A stretch of 64,000 nucleotides of DNA from a virus. The translations under genes were made by a program, and so were the position numbers. The stretch covers positions 22,774-86,773 of the IMG/VR virus record IMGVR_UViG_3300032053_004772. The stretch is one strand, 5' to 3'. This document shows positions 10,459 to 20,086 of this stretch, piece by piece (the first letter of the stretch is position 1; each line of letters begins with the position of its first letter). The notes below the pieces were generated by a model. It searched no databases and was not told the origin of the DNA. It worked only from the letters and a program-made list of their open reading frames with translations.

Positions 10459-10854
10459 GTGGATGAGCTTGAAGAACGTGTGCTACGCCTCGAAATCTGG
10501 AAAGGCGAGAATGGAGCTCATGGTGCAGAAGATAGGATCTGTAGCATCGAGGGTAGACATGAAACCTGCATGATTGAACGACTGCCTGTCAGAGTGGATG
10601 AACTCGAGAAGACAGTTGGAAATCCGACTCGGATCGTTAAGATCGTGAAGGAGGCTGGGTTTATGACCGAAGCAGATGCTACGAAGATCGCAAGTGCAGC
10701 CGTAGATAGTGCGTTCGACAGAATCAAGAACGAGAAGTTGACTGGAATCGAGCGGCTCAAAGCTGCAGCTCCGATTATAGTTGCAGCGTTTGCCCTGGCT
10801 GGTACAATAGCAGCACCGTTCATAGCTCGCGCTTTGTATATGCCAAAGCCGTAA
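10459..10854 (+). CDS. Hypothetical membrane protein of the lysis region
   Basis: SD AGGAG plus GTG start; coiled N-terminus and C-terminal TM helix. Confidence 0.6.
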   Translation: MDELEERVLRLEIWKGENGAHGAEDRICSIEGRHETCMIERLPVRVDELEKTVGNPTRIVKIVKEAGFMTEADATKIASAAVDSAFDRIKNEKLTGIERLKAAAPIIVAAFALAGTIAAPFIARALYMPKP

Positions 10855-10873
10855 ACCGTAAAAAGGAGAAATT

Positions 10874-11134
10874 ATGACTATCGATTGGATGCAGGTTCTG
10901 GTGAGTGTCGTCGTGGTAGTAGGTGTCTTACAGTGGCTTAAGACGTTCGTGAAAGCACCCTGGATATTGAGTATTGCATCCTTCCTACTATCGTTCGGAG
11001 TAGCCGCAGCGATAATGTATCTTCCTTCGTGGGTGAGATTGGGAATGCTTGTACTCGCTCTCGGACAGTTGGGGTATGAAAACATCATTCAACTGGTTCG
11101 TCGCAAACTAGACTCAGTAGGAGGTCCGAAATGA
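10874..11134 (+). CDS. Putative holin
   Basis: 86 aa, three hydrophobic segments, basic C-terminus. Confidence 0.7.
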   Translation: MTIDWMQVLVSVVVVVGVLQWLKTFVKAPWILSIASFLLSFGVAAAIMYLPSWVRLGMLVLALGQLGYENIIQLVRRKLDSVGGPK

Positions 11135-11643
11135 ACAGTGGTACGCTTGCGCTTTGGCGAGTCACAAAAGACTCCAAGTGGATGGCGAAAGCTATTGCCT
11201 TCTTTACAGGAAAGCCGTACAGTCACGCGGCAGTGATTCATGATAAGGATACCTATGAAGAAGATGTTCATGGAGCACAAAAGACTCAAGGTATCAAGCA
11301 CGCTGATGAGTATTGGGAACCAGATGTTCCTCCGACACCCGAGGAGTCGATGCGCGGTCTCGTGTACTTGCAGGTGACAACGGGAATGGGAATTCGTCGA
11401 CCGTGGCCATACAACTTTCTATTAACCGGTATCAAGGCGATCGTTTACCCGACACGCTGGTTCTGGAACTGGATCAGATGGGTTCCATTCTCTTCACAGT
11501 TCTACGGTGTCAACTGCTCAGTGTACTGTGATCTGTATTGGAAGTACGCGGGTCGTGATATCAAACCAAAGTGGATGGAGTATCTAAGTGCTCCGGGTGA
11601 TCTCGCCGGGTTGCCCGGGTTCCATCTGGTACCGGGGGCATAA
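11131..11643 (+). CDS. Permuted papain-like (NlpC/P60, YiiX/YebB-type) enzyme
   Basis: His before Cys order: YSHAAV...PYNF...NCS. Confidence 0.7.
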   Translation: MNSGTLALWRVTKDSKWMAKAIAFFTGKPYSHAAVIHDKDTYEEDVHGAQKTQGIKHADEYWEPDVPPTPEESMRGLVYLQVTTGMGIRRPWPYNFLLTGIKAIVYPTRWFWNWIRWVPFSSQFYGVNCSVYCDLYWKYAGRDIKPKWMEYLSAPGDLAGLPGFHLVPGA

Positions 11644-12242
11644 TGTGCAGGTCAAAGTTCGTTGGCTTCTTCTCTCAACTTTCATCGCGCTGTTGGCTGG
11701 TATCGGTCTTGGTGCTGGCCTTGTTGTTCGGTGCGTCGTTCGTCCACTCCGAGACTCTGCTGCCGCCGACGCCCGAAGAGCCGACGCTGAATCTACAGCT
11801 CGAAGAGCTCTTGAGTTTGCCCTTGCCGACACTGCTCGACGACTCGATGCTACTCGTGATCAGGTTGCGCGAGCGGAAACTACAGGCCGAGAACTTGCTG
11901 GAAAGCTTGAGAGAAGCAGGTGGGAAGCTGCCTTACTCAGTAGAGCTATCGCAGACCTTGGAGCAGCTCTTGAACGAAGCATCACCTCTGCTACAGAGCT
12001 TACAGACGGACTTGATGGAGATCTCCTCCTCGCTGAGCGGATTGCAAGTGGACTTCAGCAAGTTGTCGACGTCTATAACCGAGTACGTCGGTTTGATGCA
12101 GGATCAGGTCCGTGACCTGAAGAGTGAGCGTGATGCAGCAAAACTGCAAGCTCGAGTTTGGCGTCTCGGAGCCCTAGTGGGTGGAGGAGTCGCAGTGATA
12201 GGTGTTATAGTACTAGTTACCGTGCTAATTGCACGAAAGTAG
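11643..12242 (+). CDS. Spanin-like protein A (signal peptide, coiled coil, C-terminal TM)
   Basis: Hydrophobic N-terminal signal, heptad-rich body, C-terminal GALVGGGVAVIGVIVLVTVLI. Confidence 0.55.
   Translation: MCRSKFVGFFSQLSSRCWLVSVLVLALLFGASFVHSETLLPPTPEEPTLNLQLEELLSLPLPTLLDDSMLLVIRLRERKLQAENLLESLREAGGKLPYSVELSQTLEQLLNEASPLLQSLQTDLMEISSSLSGLQVDFSKLSTSITEYVGLMQDQVRDLKSERDAAKLQARVWRLGALVGGGVAVIGVIVLVTVLIARK
11645..12115 (+). CDS. Spanin-like protein B nested in another frame (N-terminal TM, coiled coil)
   Basis: GTG at 11645 (MQVKVRWLLLSTFIALLAGIGLGAGLVV), Ala/Arg coiled coil, fully inside 11643..12242. Confidence 0.55.
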   Translation: MQVKVRWLLLSTFIALLAGIGLGAGLVVRCVVRPLRDSAAADARRADAESTARRALEFALADTARRLDATRDQVARAETTGRELAGKLERSRWEAALLSRAIADLGAALERSITSATELTDGLDGDLLLAERIASGLQQVVDVYNRVRRFDAGSGP

Positions 12243-12257
12243 ATTAGGAGGAAGACT

Positions 12258-12656
12258 ATGGCTTTCGTACTTGTTAACCGTGGAGAAGTTGCGGGTCTGA
12301 AGAGACTGATCAATCAGAGAACGCCAGACGATTGCAAACTTCGTCTGTACTCGAATGACTTGACCCCGGTAGAGGGAACTTTGCTCTCCGGTGTCACAGA
12401 GTTGGTGCAAGGTGGATATGCTGCGAAGACGCTCACTGGAGCGAACTGGGCAGTAACGATGGTAGGGGCTACTGCTCGTGCCACCTACGCTCAGTACACG
12501 TGGAACCTGACTGGTGCGTGCACCTCGTACGGTTACTACTTGACCTGCTCTGGTGACGCAGTTCTGCTGCTCGCGGAGAGGTTCACGTCTGCACCGTTCG
12601 TTCTGCCGTCGGGTGGTGGTTCAATCAAAGTGACACCACTGATCGATATGGACTAA
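12258..12656 (+). CDS. Putative virion/tail accessory protein
   Basis: SD AGGAGG; motif LRLYSND.TP...TE...GGYAAKTL typical of small phage structural proteins. Confidence 0.55.
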   Translation: MAFVLVNRGEVAGLKRLINQRTPDDCKLRLYSNDLTPVEGTLLSGVTELVQGGYAAKTLTGANWAVTMVGATARATYAQYTWNLTGACTSYGYYLTCSGDAVLLLAERFTSAPFVLPSGGGSIKVTPLIDMD

Positions 12657-12669
12657 TCGGAGGGTACAC

Positions 12670-12825
12670 ATGAACACCGAGAGAGATACTCTGGAGAAGA
12701 GAGAAGCCCCGGAAGGGGCTCAGGAAGACTCCTCGAAGACAGAGGTGAAGAAGAAGTCGGTCGTGATAGATCTACCTTGTCTAAGTGCCGGAGGCGTTCT
12801 TAAGCCTCTGAGAAGGCAGGAATAA
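12670..12825 (+). CDS. Small hypothetical protein (51 aa)
   Basis: SD GGAGG, ATG 12670, TAA abutting the next ATG; below the ORF-track cutoff. Confidence 0.5.
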   Translation: MNTERDTLEKREAPEGAQEDSSKTEVKKKSVVIDLPCLSAGGVLKPLRRQE

Positions 12826-13257
12826 ATGGCGAGTGGACTTTACAACATCTTCTTTTATCGACAAGCAATCGCACAAATGAACTTTCAGACTAACGATCTT
12901 TGTAAGGTTGCTCTAGTTGATGATACCTACGTTTTCGATAAGGATCACGATACCTGGGAAACAGGTTCAGATCCTTTCAATTCGGAGGTGGTTGGTGCCG
13001 GGTACGCTGCTGGCGGAGTGACTTTAGGTCAGGGTACTGTAACACAAGTAGATGCGAGCGATCTTGTAAAACTGGACGCACCGAACACCGTTTTTTCCGG
13101 TATCACAGTTACCGCGAGATTCGCAATTGTGTATATCGTATCCGGTGTGTACCTAGTGTTCTGCTTCGATTTCGGTTCGAATCAGACAGTCTCTGACGGC
13201 GATCTTACTCTCAACTACAACGCTGCAGGAATTGTTACTCTTGCACAGGTAGCGTAA
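12826..13257 (+). CDS. Putative virion/tail accessory protein
   Basis: KVALVDDTY...EV.GAGYAAGG.TL...DFG motifs typical of phage structural proteins. Confidence 0.55.
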   Translation: MASGLYNIFFYRQAIAQMNFQTNDLCKVALVDDTYVFDKDHDTWETGSDPFNSEVVGAGYAAGGVTLGQGTVTQVDASDLVKLDAPNTVFSGITVTARFAIVYIVSGVYLVFCFDFGSNQTVSDGDLTLNYNAAGIVTLAQVA

Positions 13258-13517
13258 GTAAAGAATCTTATCACAGTTGCTCAGGGAGACTTACAAACCC
13301 GGTGAAGAAGATCAAGAAACTGCTAATCGACCTGTTGCGCATCATGTTTCGTGGAGTTCTACATAAGACCGCAGGTAAGAATGAAATGGTTATACCACAT
13401 GACGCTGGCTCAGGCGTAGGGGAATCCGGTCTGATGACCGGAAAAATAAAGGGAGAATACTCGTATGAGCGAGGCAAATGCCATTGTCGATATTGCACTT
13501 GGTTGAGGAAGAAGTAG

Positions 13518-13835
13518 ATGGCTGAGATTCTAGTATTCGCTCGGGATTCTACCCATCCCGATCCAAAAAAGGATAAGAACATAATGTATAAGCGAGGTGA
13601 TCCCATTGTTGCAAAATCAGATGGACATAAATGGGGAAAAATGGAATGTCTTCCTGATTTTGTCGTATTGAAAATTCCCGATATTCATGTGAAAGATGTG
13701 GAATCCTATTGCCATACAAAATATCAAGGAATGGAGATTATCTTGCGTCGGGAATATAAAATTGATTTAGATGATCTATTATTAGATACAAAAATTAAAT
13801 CTAAAAATCTACAAAATATTTTTAGGAAAAAATAA
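13518..13835 (+). CDS. Hypothetical protein at the start of the AT-rich island
   Basis: SD GAGGA; YKRGDPI...WGKME.LP.F; coupled to the next gene. Confidence 0.55.
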   Translation: MAEILVFARDSTHPDPKKDKNIMYKRGDPIVAKSDGHKWGKMECLPDFVVLKIPDIHVKDVESYCHTKYQGMEIILRREYKIDLDDLLLDTKIKSKNLQNIFRKK

Positions 13836-14779
13836 TGGCTTCAGTTAGTATAATTGATACAGATGGCACTGGTGATTATACCACTATAAGTGCATGGATA
13901 GCAGCAAAAGCTGGTGTTTTATCTGGAGTCACCGAGGGCCAGTGTCGAGGTGCTGATCTTTTGACGGAAACTGCTCAAATAGATATAACTGGATTCTCTA
14001 GCAATAGTGCAGCTAATTATGTGAAACTTACTGTATTGACAGGTTCTCGGCACAACGGAGTTCCCGGTGCTGGATTCAGAGTAACCGTATCTTCTGGAAA
14101 CTATGTTTTGATTAACAGAGAGGCTTATACAAGAGTTGAATATTTAGAATTGTATGGAGGTTTGGAAGGAGCTTTATATCCCGATGTGGGTGGAGCTACA
14201 AATGTACAAGTTAGTTATTGTTTGGCAAAAGGTGGAAATTCAGGAGTTTATTATTCTGAGGCTGCTGGTTCGGTGACTTTCATAAATTGTATTGCTTATG
14301 ATGGTATACAAGGATTTGCTTTAATAGCTGCTGGAGCATGGACTCTTTATAATTGTACTACTGTAGATATCACCAATGTCGGTTATCGATTAAATGATGC
14401 TAGCGGCACAATGGTTGTTATGAATTGTATTGGGTATAACTCGACTAATTATGATTTTTTAGAAACCGCAGGAATGATGACGACAAGTTATTGTTTGAGC
14501 AAAGATGCTACAGCAGATGATAATGGAGCAACAGGAGCGCAAATTAATAAAACACTTACGTTCAATAATGCCGCGGCTAATGACTTCAGACTGGCATCTA
14601 CCGACACAGATGCAATAAATAATGGTGTTGATACACCGAAGACTATATTCACTGACGATATTGATGGAACAGCTCGACCAGTTGGTGCATGGGATATTGG
14701 AGCGGATGAATATGCTGCGGCAGATAGTTCTGTGGTTCCTCAAGCAATGTCTTATTATAGGAGACTGCGGAGCGTGTAA
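13835..14779 (+). CDS. Parallel beta-helix (pectin-lyase-like) virion protein
   Basis: GDYTTISAW start, NC repeats, C-terminal DIDG..RP..AWDIGADEY. Confidence 0.7.
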   Translation: MASVSIIDTDGTGDYTTISAWIAAKAGVLSGVTEGQCRGADLLTETAQIDITGFSSNSAANYVKLTVLTGSRHNGVPGAGFRVTVSSGNYVLINREAYTRVEYLELYGGLEGALYPDVGGATNVQVSYCLAKGGNSGVYYSEAAGSVTFINCIAYDGIQGFALIAAGAWTLYNCTTVDITNVGYRLNDASGTMVVMNCIGYNSTNYDFLETAGMMTTSYCLSKDATADDNGATGAQINKTLTFNNAAANDFRLASTDTDAINNGVDTPKTIFTDDIDGTARPVGAWDIGADEYAAADSSVVPQAMSYYRRLRSV

Positions 14780-16221
14780 TGGCAACATATTATGTAGACT
14801 TTGCAACCGGAGTAGATACCAATAATGGTACTTCCACCGAGACTCCGTGGGAACACTGTCCAGGAGATGTAAATGCTACAAATAATGCTGCTATAACTCT
14901 ATCTGTGGGAGACATTATTTATTTCAAAGGTGGTATTTCTTATGTGGGGAAAATAAGTACAAATGCGAATGGTACTGCTCTAGCATATATTCAATATCTA
15001 TCAGGAGACTTGGTATCTTGGGGAACTGGTCGTGGGAAAATAGATAGCGGGAATACTCTCATTCATGGATTCTTCATTAGTCATGCTTATTTAAGATTCA
15101 AAGGATTAGAAGTTTGCAATGTAGCATATACTGCCGATTCAAGTTCGGCATTTTTTCTCAATTCAGGAGGAAGTCCGTCCTATATTGAAATCCAAGAAAA
15201 CTATATTCATGACATTCCCCGCGCTCCCGGAAATTCCGATACGGGTTATGGAGTTGAAATTGATGCTGGGCATCATATTCTAGTAGAAAAAAACATTATT
15301 GAGGATTGCGGGGAGAAAGCAATTGAGGCAACGTATAATTGTACCTATGTAACTATTCGATACAATTATATCTCAGGAGGTTATTCTCACAGTATAGTAA
15401 TTAGCGGTCAACATTGTGACACATATAATAATATTATTACTCTAAATGGTTCAACGGAAACACAAGCATATGGAATAAAATTGGATTCCGGGACGAATGC
15501 CAGTGAATATAATAAAGTTTATAATAATATCATCTATGATTGCCGATGCGGTATTGGGATTCTTAATGGTCGATTGAATGAGATTTATCATAATATCGTT
15601 TTTTATACAAGTCAAGGAACTCGACATACAGCAGAAGCTGACGCCGTAGGATTATCAATGTATGATGATGGCACAAGTGCAATAGATGTAGAAAACAATA
15701 AAATATACAACAACATATTTTATTATTCTGGGAAAATGAATGGAACAGATGCTGTGGAAATGTTTTTCAAATCAAATATTGGAAATAATAATGAGGTGAA
15801 AAATAATATATTTTATTATGATGCTTCTGATACTGATACCTTATTTCGTTATAATGATGGTTCATATTCCTATCATGATTTAACATGGTTTGAGGGAACG
15901 AATGGATTTTCTGCGGTGGGAACGGGCAATATAGCAAGTGGTAATAGAGTGTCGGCTCCAGGCTTTGTTGGGGGAACTGGGGCAACATTATTTGCTGTTT
16001 GTCCGACTGGTTTCGCAATTGATTGGACTCCCAATAATGACAATTTGCAGTTATTGGTGGACTCGTCCGCAATAGATGCAGGACTTGCATTGGCGGCCGA
16101 TTTCAATATAGATATCGACGGCATCATTCGTCCCCGGGGCGCTGATTGGGATATCGGCGCGTATGAATATGATAGCGGAATAACTCCTACCTTTAAGCAA
16201 GGAACGAGATTGAGATTCTAG
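14779..16221 (+). CDS. Right-handed beta-helix protein (possible depolymerase/adhesin)
   Basis: TYYVD..G.D.N.GTS..PW start, many YNNI repeats, C-terminal RP.G..WDIGAYEY. Confidence 0.75.
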   Translation: MATYYVDFATGVDTNNGTSTETPWEHCPGDVNATNNAAITLSVGDIIYFKGGISYVGKISTNANGTALAYIQYLSGDLVSWGTGRGKIDSGNTLIHGFFISHAYLRFKGLEVCNVAYTADSSSAFFLNSGGSPSYIEIQENYIHDIPRAPGNSDTGYGVEIDAGHHILVEKNIIEDCGEKAIEATYNCTYVTIRYNYISGGYSHSIVISGQHCDTYNNIITLNGSTETQAYGIKLDSGTNASEYNKVYNNIIYDCRCGIGILNGRLNEIYHNIVFYTSQGTRHTAEADAVGLSMYDDGTSAIDVENNKIYNNIFYYSGKMNGTDAVEMFFKSNIGNNNEVKNNIFYYDASDTDTLFRYNDGSYSYHDLTWFEGTNGFSAVGTGNIASGNRVSAPGFVGGTGATLFAVCPTGFAIDWTPNNDNLQLLVDSSAIDAGLALAADFNIDIDGIIRPRGADWDIGAYEYDSGITPTFKQGTRLRF

Positions 16222-16232
16222 GAGGAACAAAA

Positions 16233-16535
16233 ATGTTAAAATTAGCTCTAAATACGGCGGCGACTTTCCGTATCGGTCCATTCCTAGATGAAACCACCGG
16301 TAAAGATGCAGAAACAGCGCTATCGATTTTACAAGCGAATATCCGTCTAAGCAAGGTCGGAGGAGACTTTGCCCAGGTAAACCATGCCCAGGGAGGGGTG
16401 GCTCTAGTACACGATGAGAATGGTTGGTACATCATGGATGTTAATACCACGGATACAAATACCGCCGGGAATCTGGAAATAGCCATCCATGTAACCGGAG
16501 CGCTTCCTGTATGGAAAAAGTATAAGGTAGAATGA
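16233..16535 (+). CDS. Hypothetical virion protein (paralog 1)
   Basis: IGPFLD...IRLSK.GGDFAQ...GWY...TDTN; near-identical to the next gene. Confidence 0.6.
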   Translation: MLKLALNTAATFRIGPFLDETTGKDAETALSILQANIRLSKVGGDFAQVNHAQGGVALVHDENGWYIMDVNTTDTNTAGNLEIAIHVTGALPVWKKYKVE

Positions 16536-16536
16536 T

Positions 16537-16878
16537 ATGCCCGATCTTGTGATAGGATCAGGATTCACCTTTCGGATAGGTCCATTCCTGGATGATGCAG
16601 ACGCTAAGACTCCCATAACAGATCTATCGATTTTGCAAGCGGATATTCGACTGAGCAAAGACGGAGGAGACTTTGCTCAGGTGAATCATGCTCAGGGTGG
16701 TGTAGCGTTGGTACATGATGAAGATGGTTGGTACATTCTTAACTTAGATAGCACAGATACAAATGTCGTGAGAAATCTAGAAATAGCTATCCATATATCT
16801 GGCGCTCTTCCGTGGTGGGAAGAAAACGAGATGTTTGACCCCTGGACTCCGCACACGCACAGGACGCTGGTGTTTTGA
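16537..16878 (+). CDS. Hypothetical virion protein (paralog 2)
   Basis: Shares GGDFAQVNHAQGGVALVHDE.GWYI with the previous gene. Confidence 0.6.
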   Translation: MPDLVIGSGFTFRIGPFLDDADAKTPITDLSILQADIRLSKDGGDFAQVNHAQGGVALVHDEDGWYILNLDSTDTNVVRNLEIAIHISGALPWWEENEMFDPWTPHTHRTLVF

Positions 16879-16928
16879 AGGTGTAAATGATGATCATCTT
16901 TATCGCTCGCGCTTCTAGAGGAGTGTAA

Positions 16929-19775
16929 ATGGCGATCACCAGACTAGCCGGCGCCTGGGCTAATGGATCTATTTCCTGCACTCCATCCTTGCCCTCAACT
17001 CCACAGGCGGGGGACCTCCACGTCATCTACATCGGCGGCAAGCCCTATAGCATCACGATTGCCGAGCTGGCCGGCTGGACTCTCATCCCTGGAACCGACG
17101 GGCAGAACGGCACGGTAGCGAGCGGTACGGATGTTGGCTCGGTTCGGTGGGCGGCATTTTACCGATATTGGCAGTCGGGCGACGATGAAACGCCGACCTT
17201 CACAGTCACCGGAGGGAACGTAGTCCTTGGGGTGGCTGTACGTTTCCGCCCGACGGCTGGCTATAGCATCGATACGCCCGTAGGCTGCAAGGGCTGGGAT
17301 AACACCAGCGGACTCGATTACTTGGCGACGATGGACGCCAACCCGGGGATCACCACCGCCGATGTCTTGAACAACTTCACTACAATCGCAGGAAACAACG
17401 CGACTTTCACCGTCCCAACGATCACAGCAACCGGGGCCACGATAGGAGCGGTCACCGAGAGTCCGGCGACGGAAGGCACTACCACCACCGGGAACGACCT
17501 GGAGGCTTCCGCGTCCACCGCCGTGGTTTCTTCGGGAAACGCATCCGCCGCGCCTGTGGTGGGCTGGACTCTTGTTTCCGCATCGCAGACCGGAGGCGGG
17601 GCATTTGTTCGAGTCCGAGAAATTCTAATTCTAATTTATGCCGGTTCTGGCAAGATTCAAACGTCAGGTAGTGCTACTGTTACTACTACTGCTGATTATA
17701 CCTTCGCTGCTTCAGGGAAGATTCAGACTTCTGGTTCAGGAGCTTCATCTCTTTCGCAAACTGTTAATCTCGCGGTATTACAGGGTGCGGGAACCTTCTA
17801 CGGTACACTTCAATCGGTTCAAGTTAGCGTTACTCTTGATCAATCAGCTCCGATTGCTGGCGGTGGTACACTTCAAACGCCAACTGTTGAGATTGAGACT
17901 GCATACGTCTACGGTGGATCCGGTCAGATCCGAGCGTCAGGTGCAGGTTCAGCAATCCTTTCGAGTATCTACGAAGTAAGTGGTCAAGGTCTGATAAGCA
18001 CTTCCGGTGCTGCTACTACTCTTTGCACGGCAATCTTTTCTGAGACAGGATCCGGTATAATTCAAACTAGCGGCGCAGGAAGTTTCACTTTTTCTTCTAT
18101 TTTCGTTCATTCGAGTGAAGGAACTATTCTCATATCTGGAAGTGCAGACTGTTCTTTCGTCGGAGAGAATAGTCAGATTGGTTCCGGATTAGTTGAAGTT
18201 AGCGGTACTGCGGCAGTTTCCGTATCTGCTATCATTAATCTAGAGACACTTCTGAGTGGCGGAACCTTCTATGGTACGCTACAATCGGTACAGATTAGTG
18301 TCACTCTTGATCAATCTAATCCTTTACCTGGCGGCGGTACACTTTACGCTCCTGCGGCTGAGATTACAGGATATACCTACGTTGGATCTGGCAAGATTCA
18401 GACGTCAGGTAGTGCCTCAGCATCTGTTGAGAGTGAGGCTACTTGTGTAGGATCCGGTAAGATTCAACTCTCTGGTTCCGCTATCGTAAACCTCTCTGCT
18501 ATCGTCAATTTAGCGGCACTGCAAGGAATCGGAACCTTCTACGGTACTGTAGTCGGAATCGATATCGATCTTTCTGCTGATGGTCCTTTGACCGGTGGTG
18601 GTACTCTACACGCATTAACCGTTGAGATTAGTAAGAGTCTGGTAGGTTCTGGTCTTGTTCGTATACAAGGAGCAGGTGTATGCTCGTTCACTTCAATCTA
18701 CGCTGTATCTGGCGGCGGTTTAATTCAGGTTCAAGGAACGAGTCCTTCGCTGTATGTTCCGGATTTTACTCAAATAGGTTCTGGTCTTGTTCAGCTTCTC
18801 GGAAGCGCTGCCACTGAGATTGGTCAGAAGTTCTTCCTCTTCTCTAGCAGCGGACTTATATCCGTTACCGGGAGTGCGGATATCTTCGTATCCGGAGATA
18901 ACTCTCAGGTTGGATCAGGCCTTGTAAGTCTGTCGGGTTCCGCTGCTAGCGAAATTGGTATCGCTCACTTTATCTACACACCTACCGGTCTAATTGTACT
19001 CTCCGGTGTCGGTGCGTCTCAGCAAGTGCACACTTTCTTAGTGAGTGGATCCGGACTCGTTCAAGCGTTGGGTCAAGCGGTATCAGAGTATACTCATACG
19101 TTCTCGCAGATCGGTTCTGGTTTAGTTCAGTTACTGGGGTCTGCTGTCACACTAATCGGTTCGAAGGACTTCGTCTACACCGGTTCCGGTTTGATCTCAT
19201 TACTCGGGGCTGCTGAGTATCAGCTCTCGGGAATAACGGTATATTCCGGAAGTGGTCTAATTCGTCTTTCCGGAACCGCTTTGACTGAGTATTCGACGAT
19301 TATGAGCTTCATCGGTAGCGGTTTAGCTCGTCTGCAAGGATCAGGGATTGGTGTACAGACGTTTGTCTATCCGTTTAGTGGATCGGGACAGATACGCACT
19401 TTCGGATCAGGACAGATTGATTACACGAAGATCTTTGAGGTCGCTGGTACCGGGTTGATACAACTTCTCGGTGGATCTTCGTCTCTTTATACCGCAATCT
19501 TCTCAGCTGACGGTAGCGGTATCTTCATAGTAACCGGAACGTTCGATGCGTATGCCGCCTTAAGAGAATACGAGTGCATTTTCCAGGGAGTTATCTCTGT
19601 AAGCGGTGCTGCGGAAGTTACGGTGTTATATCCTCCAACGGTAGAGTTGTGGTTCTATACTCCAGTAACGACCGTTGCAGAAATTCAATCTCGTGTTACA
19701 ACGCTGATGAAGCTTTTCACGAAGGTTTCTAAGCAAGTGGACGTAGATACTAAGATCGAGGTGAGGCATGGCTGA
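16929..19775 (+). CDS. Long Gly/Ser-rich repetitive fibre-like virion protein
   Basis: 948 aa; many GSG.I..SG.A repeats; three GTFYGT-containing blocks. Confidence 0.65.
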   Translation: MAITRLAGAWANGSISCTPSLPSTPQAGDLHVIYIGGKPYSITIAELAGWTLIPGTDGQNGTVASGTDVGSVRWAAFYRYWQSGDDETPTFTVTGGNVVLGVAVRFRPTAGYSIDTPVGCKGWDNTSGLDYLATMDANPGITTADVLNNFTTIAGNNATFTVPTITATGATIGAVTESPATEGTTTTGNDLEASASTAVVSSGNASAAPVVGWTLVSASQTGGGAFVRVREILILIYAGSGKIQTSGSATVTTTADYTFAASGKIQTSGSGASSLSQTVNLAVLQGAGTFYGTLQSVQVSVTLDQSAPIAGGGTLQTPTVEIETAYVYGGSGQIRASGAGSAILSSIYEVSGQGLISTSGAATTLCTAIFSETGSGIIQTSGAGSFTFSSIFVHSSEGTILISGSADCSFVGENSQIGSGLVEVSGTAAVSVSAIINLETLLSGGTFYGTLQSVQISVTLDQSNPLPGGGTLYAPAAEITGYTYVGSGKIQTSGSASASVESEATCVGSGKIQLSGSAIVNLSAIVNLAALQGIGTFYGTVVGIDIDLSADGPLTGGGTLHALTVEISKSLVGSGLVRIQGAGVCSFTSIYAVSGGGLIQVQGTSPSLYVPDFTQIGSGLVQLLGSAATEIGQKFFLFSSSGLISVTGSADIFVSGDNSQVGSGLVSLSGSAASEIGIAHFIYTPTGLIVLSGVGASQQVHTFLVSGSGLVQALGQAVSEYTHTFSQIGSGLVQLLGSAVTLIGSKDFVYTGSGLISLLGAAEYQLSGITVYSGSGLIRLSGTALTEYSTIMSFIGSGLARLQGSGIGVQTFVYPFSGSGQIRTFGSGQIDYTKIFEVAGTGLIQLLGGSSSLYTAIFSADGSGIFIVTGTFDAYAALREYECIFQGVISVSGAAEVTVLYPPTVELWFYTPVTTVAEIQSRVTTLMKLFTKVSKQVDVDTKIEVRHG

Positions 19776-20079
19776 ACTATTTCAAGATGGTCAAATCTAT
19801 AAGAATCAAACGAAACTTCGTATTCGATGTGAGTGCGGCGATATTCTTGGAGCAGCTTCGGCTCTTGTGGGTTTTAAGGATCCAGACGGCCTCTTCGGTT
19901 CGTGGACAGGTGTAATCGAGGATATGACACCGACTGGACATGTGTATAAGGATATTACCGCGACTGGGCAACTAAACGTGAGTGGGGAGTGGAGATTCTG
20001 GCCTATCGTCACGTTTAGTGATGGAGGTGTTGCGCCAGGTAAGGCGATCAGGTTAAGGATCTACGATCAGGGGGAGTAA
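19768..20079 (+). CDS. Small Ig-like/BppU-N-like structural protein
   Basis: KDPDG..G.W.G...G.LN.SG.W.F motif; coupled to the fibre gene. Confidence 0.5.
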   Translation: MAELFQDGQIYKNQTKLRIRCECGDILGAASALVGFKDPDGLFGSWTGVIEDMTPTGHVYKDITATGQLNVSGEWRFWPIVTFSDGGVAPGKAIRLRIYDQGE

Positions 20080-20080
20080 T
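20051..20080 (+). promoter_or_regulatory. Candidate phage-specific promoter (GGTTAAG-N17-AGTAAT)
   Basis: Same bipartite motif as 25725, 38434 and 52398; ATG 6 nt downstream. Confidence 0.5.
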
Positions 20081-20086
20081 ACCTCT

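Noticed and set aside
8690-16878. Diversity-generating retroelement suggested by near-duplicate sequences
   Set aside because: No reverse transcriptase in the window; differences between copies are not adenine-specific
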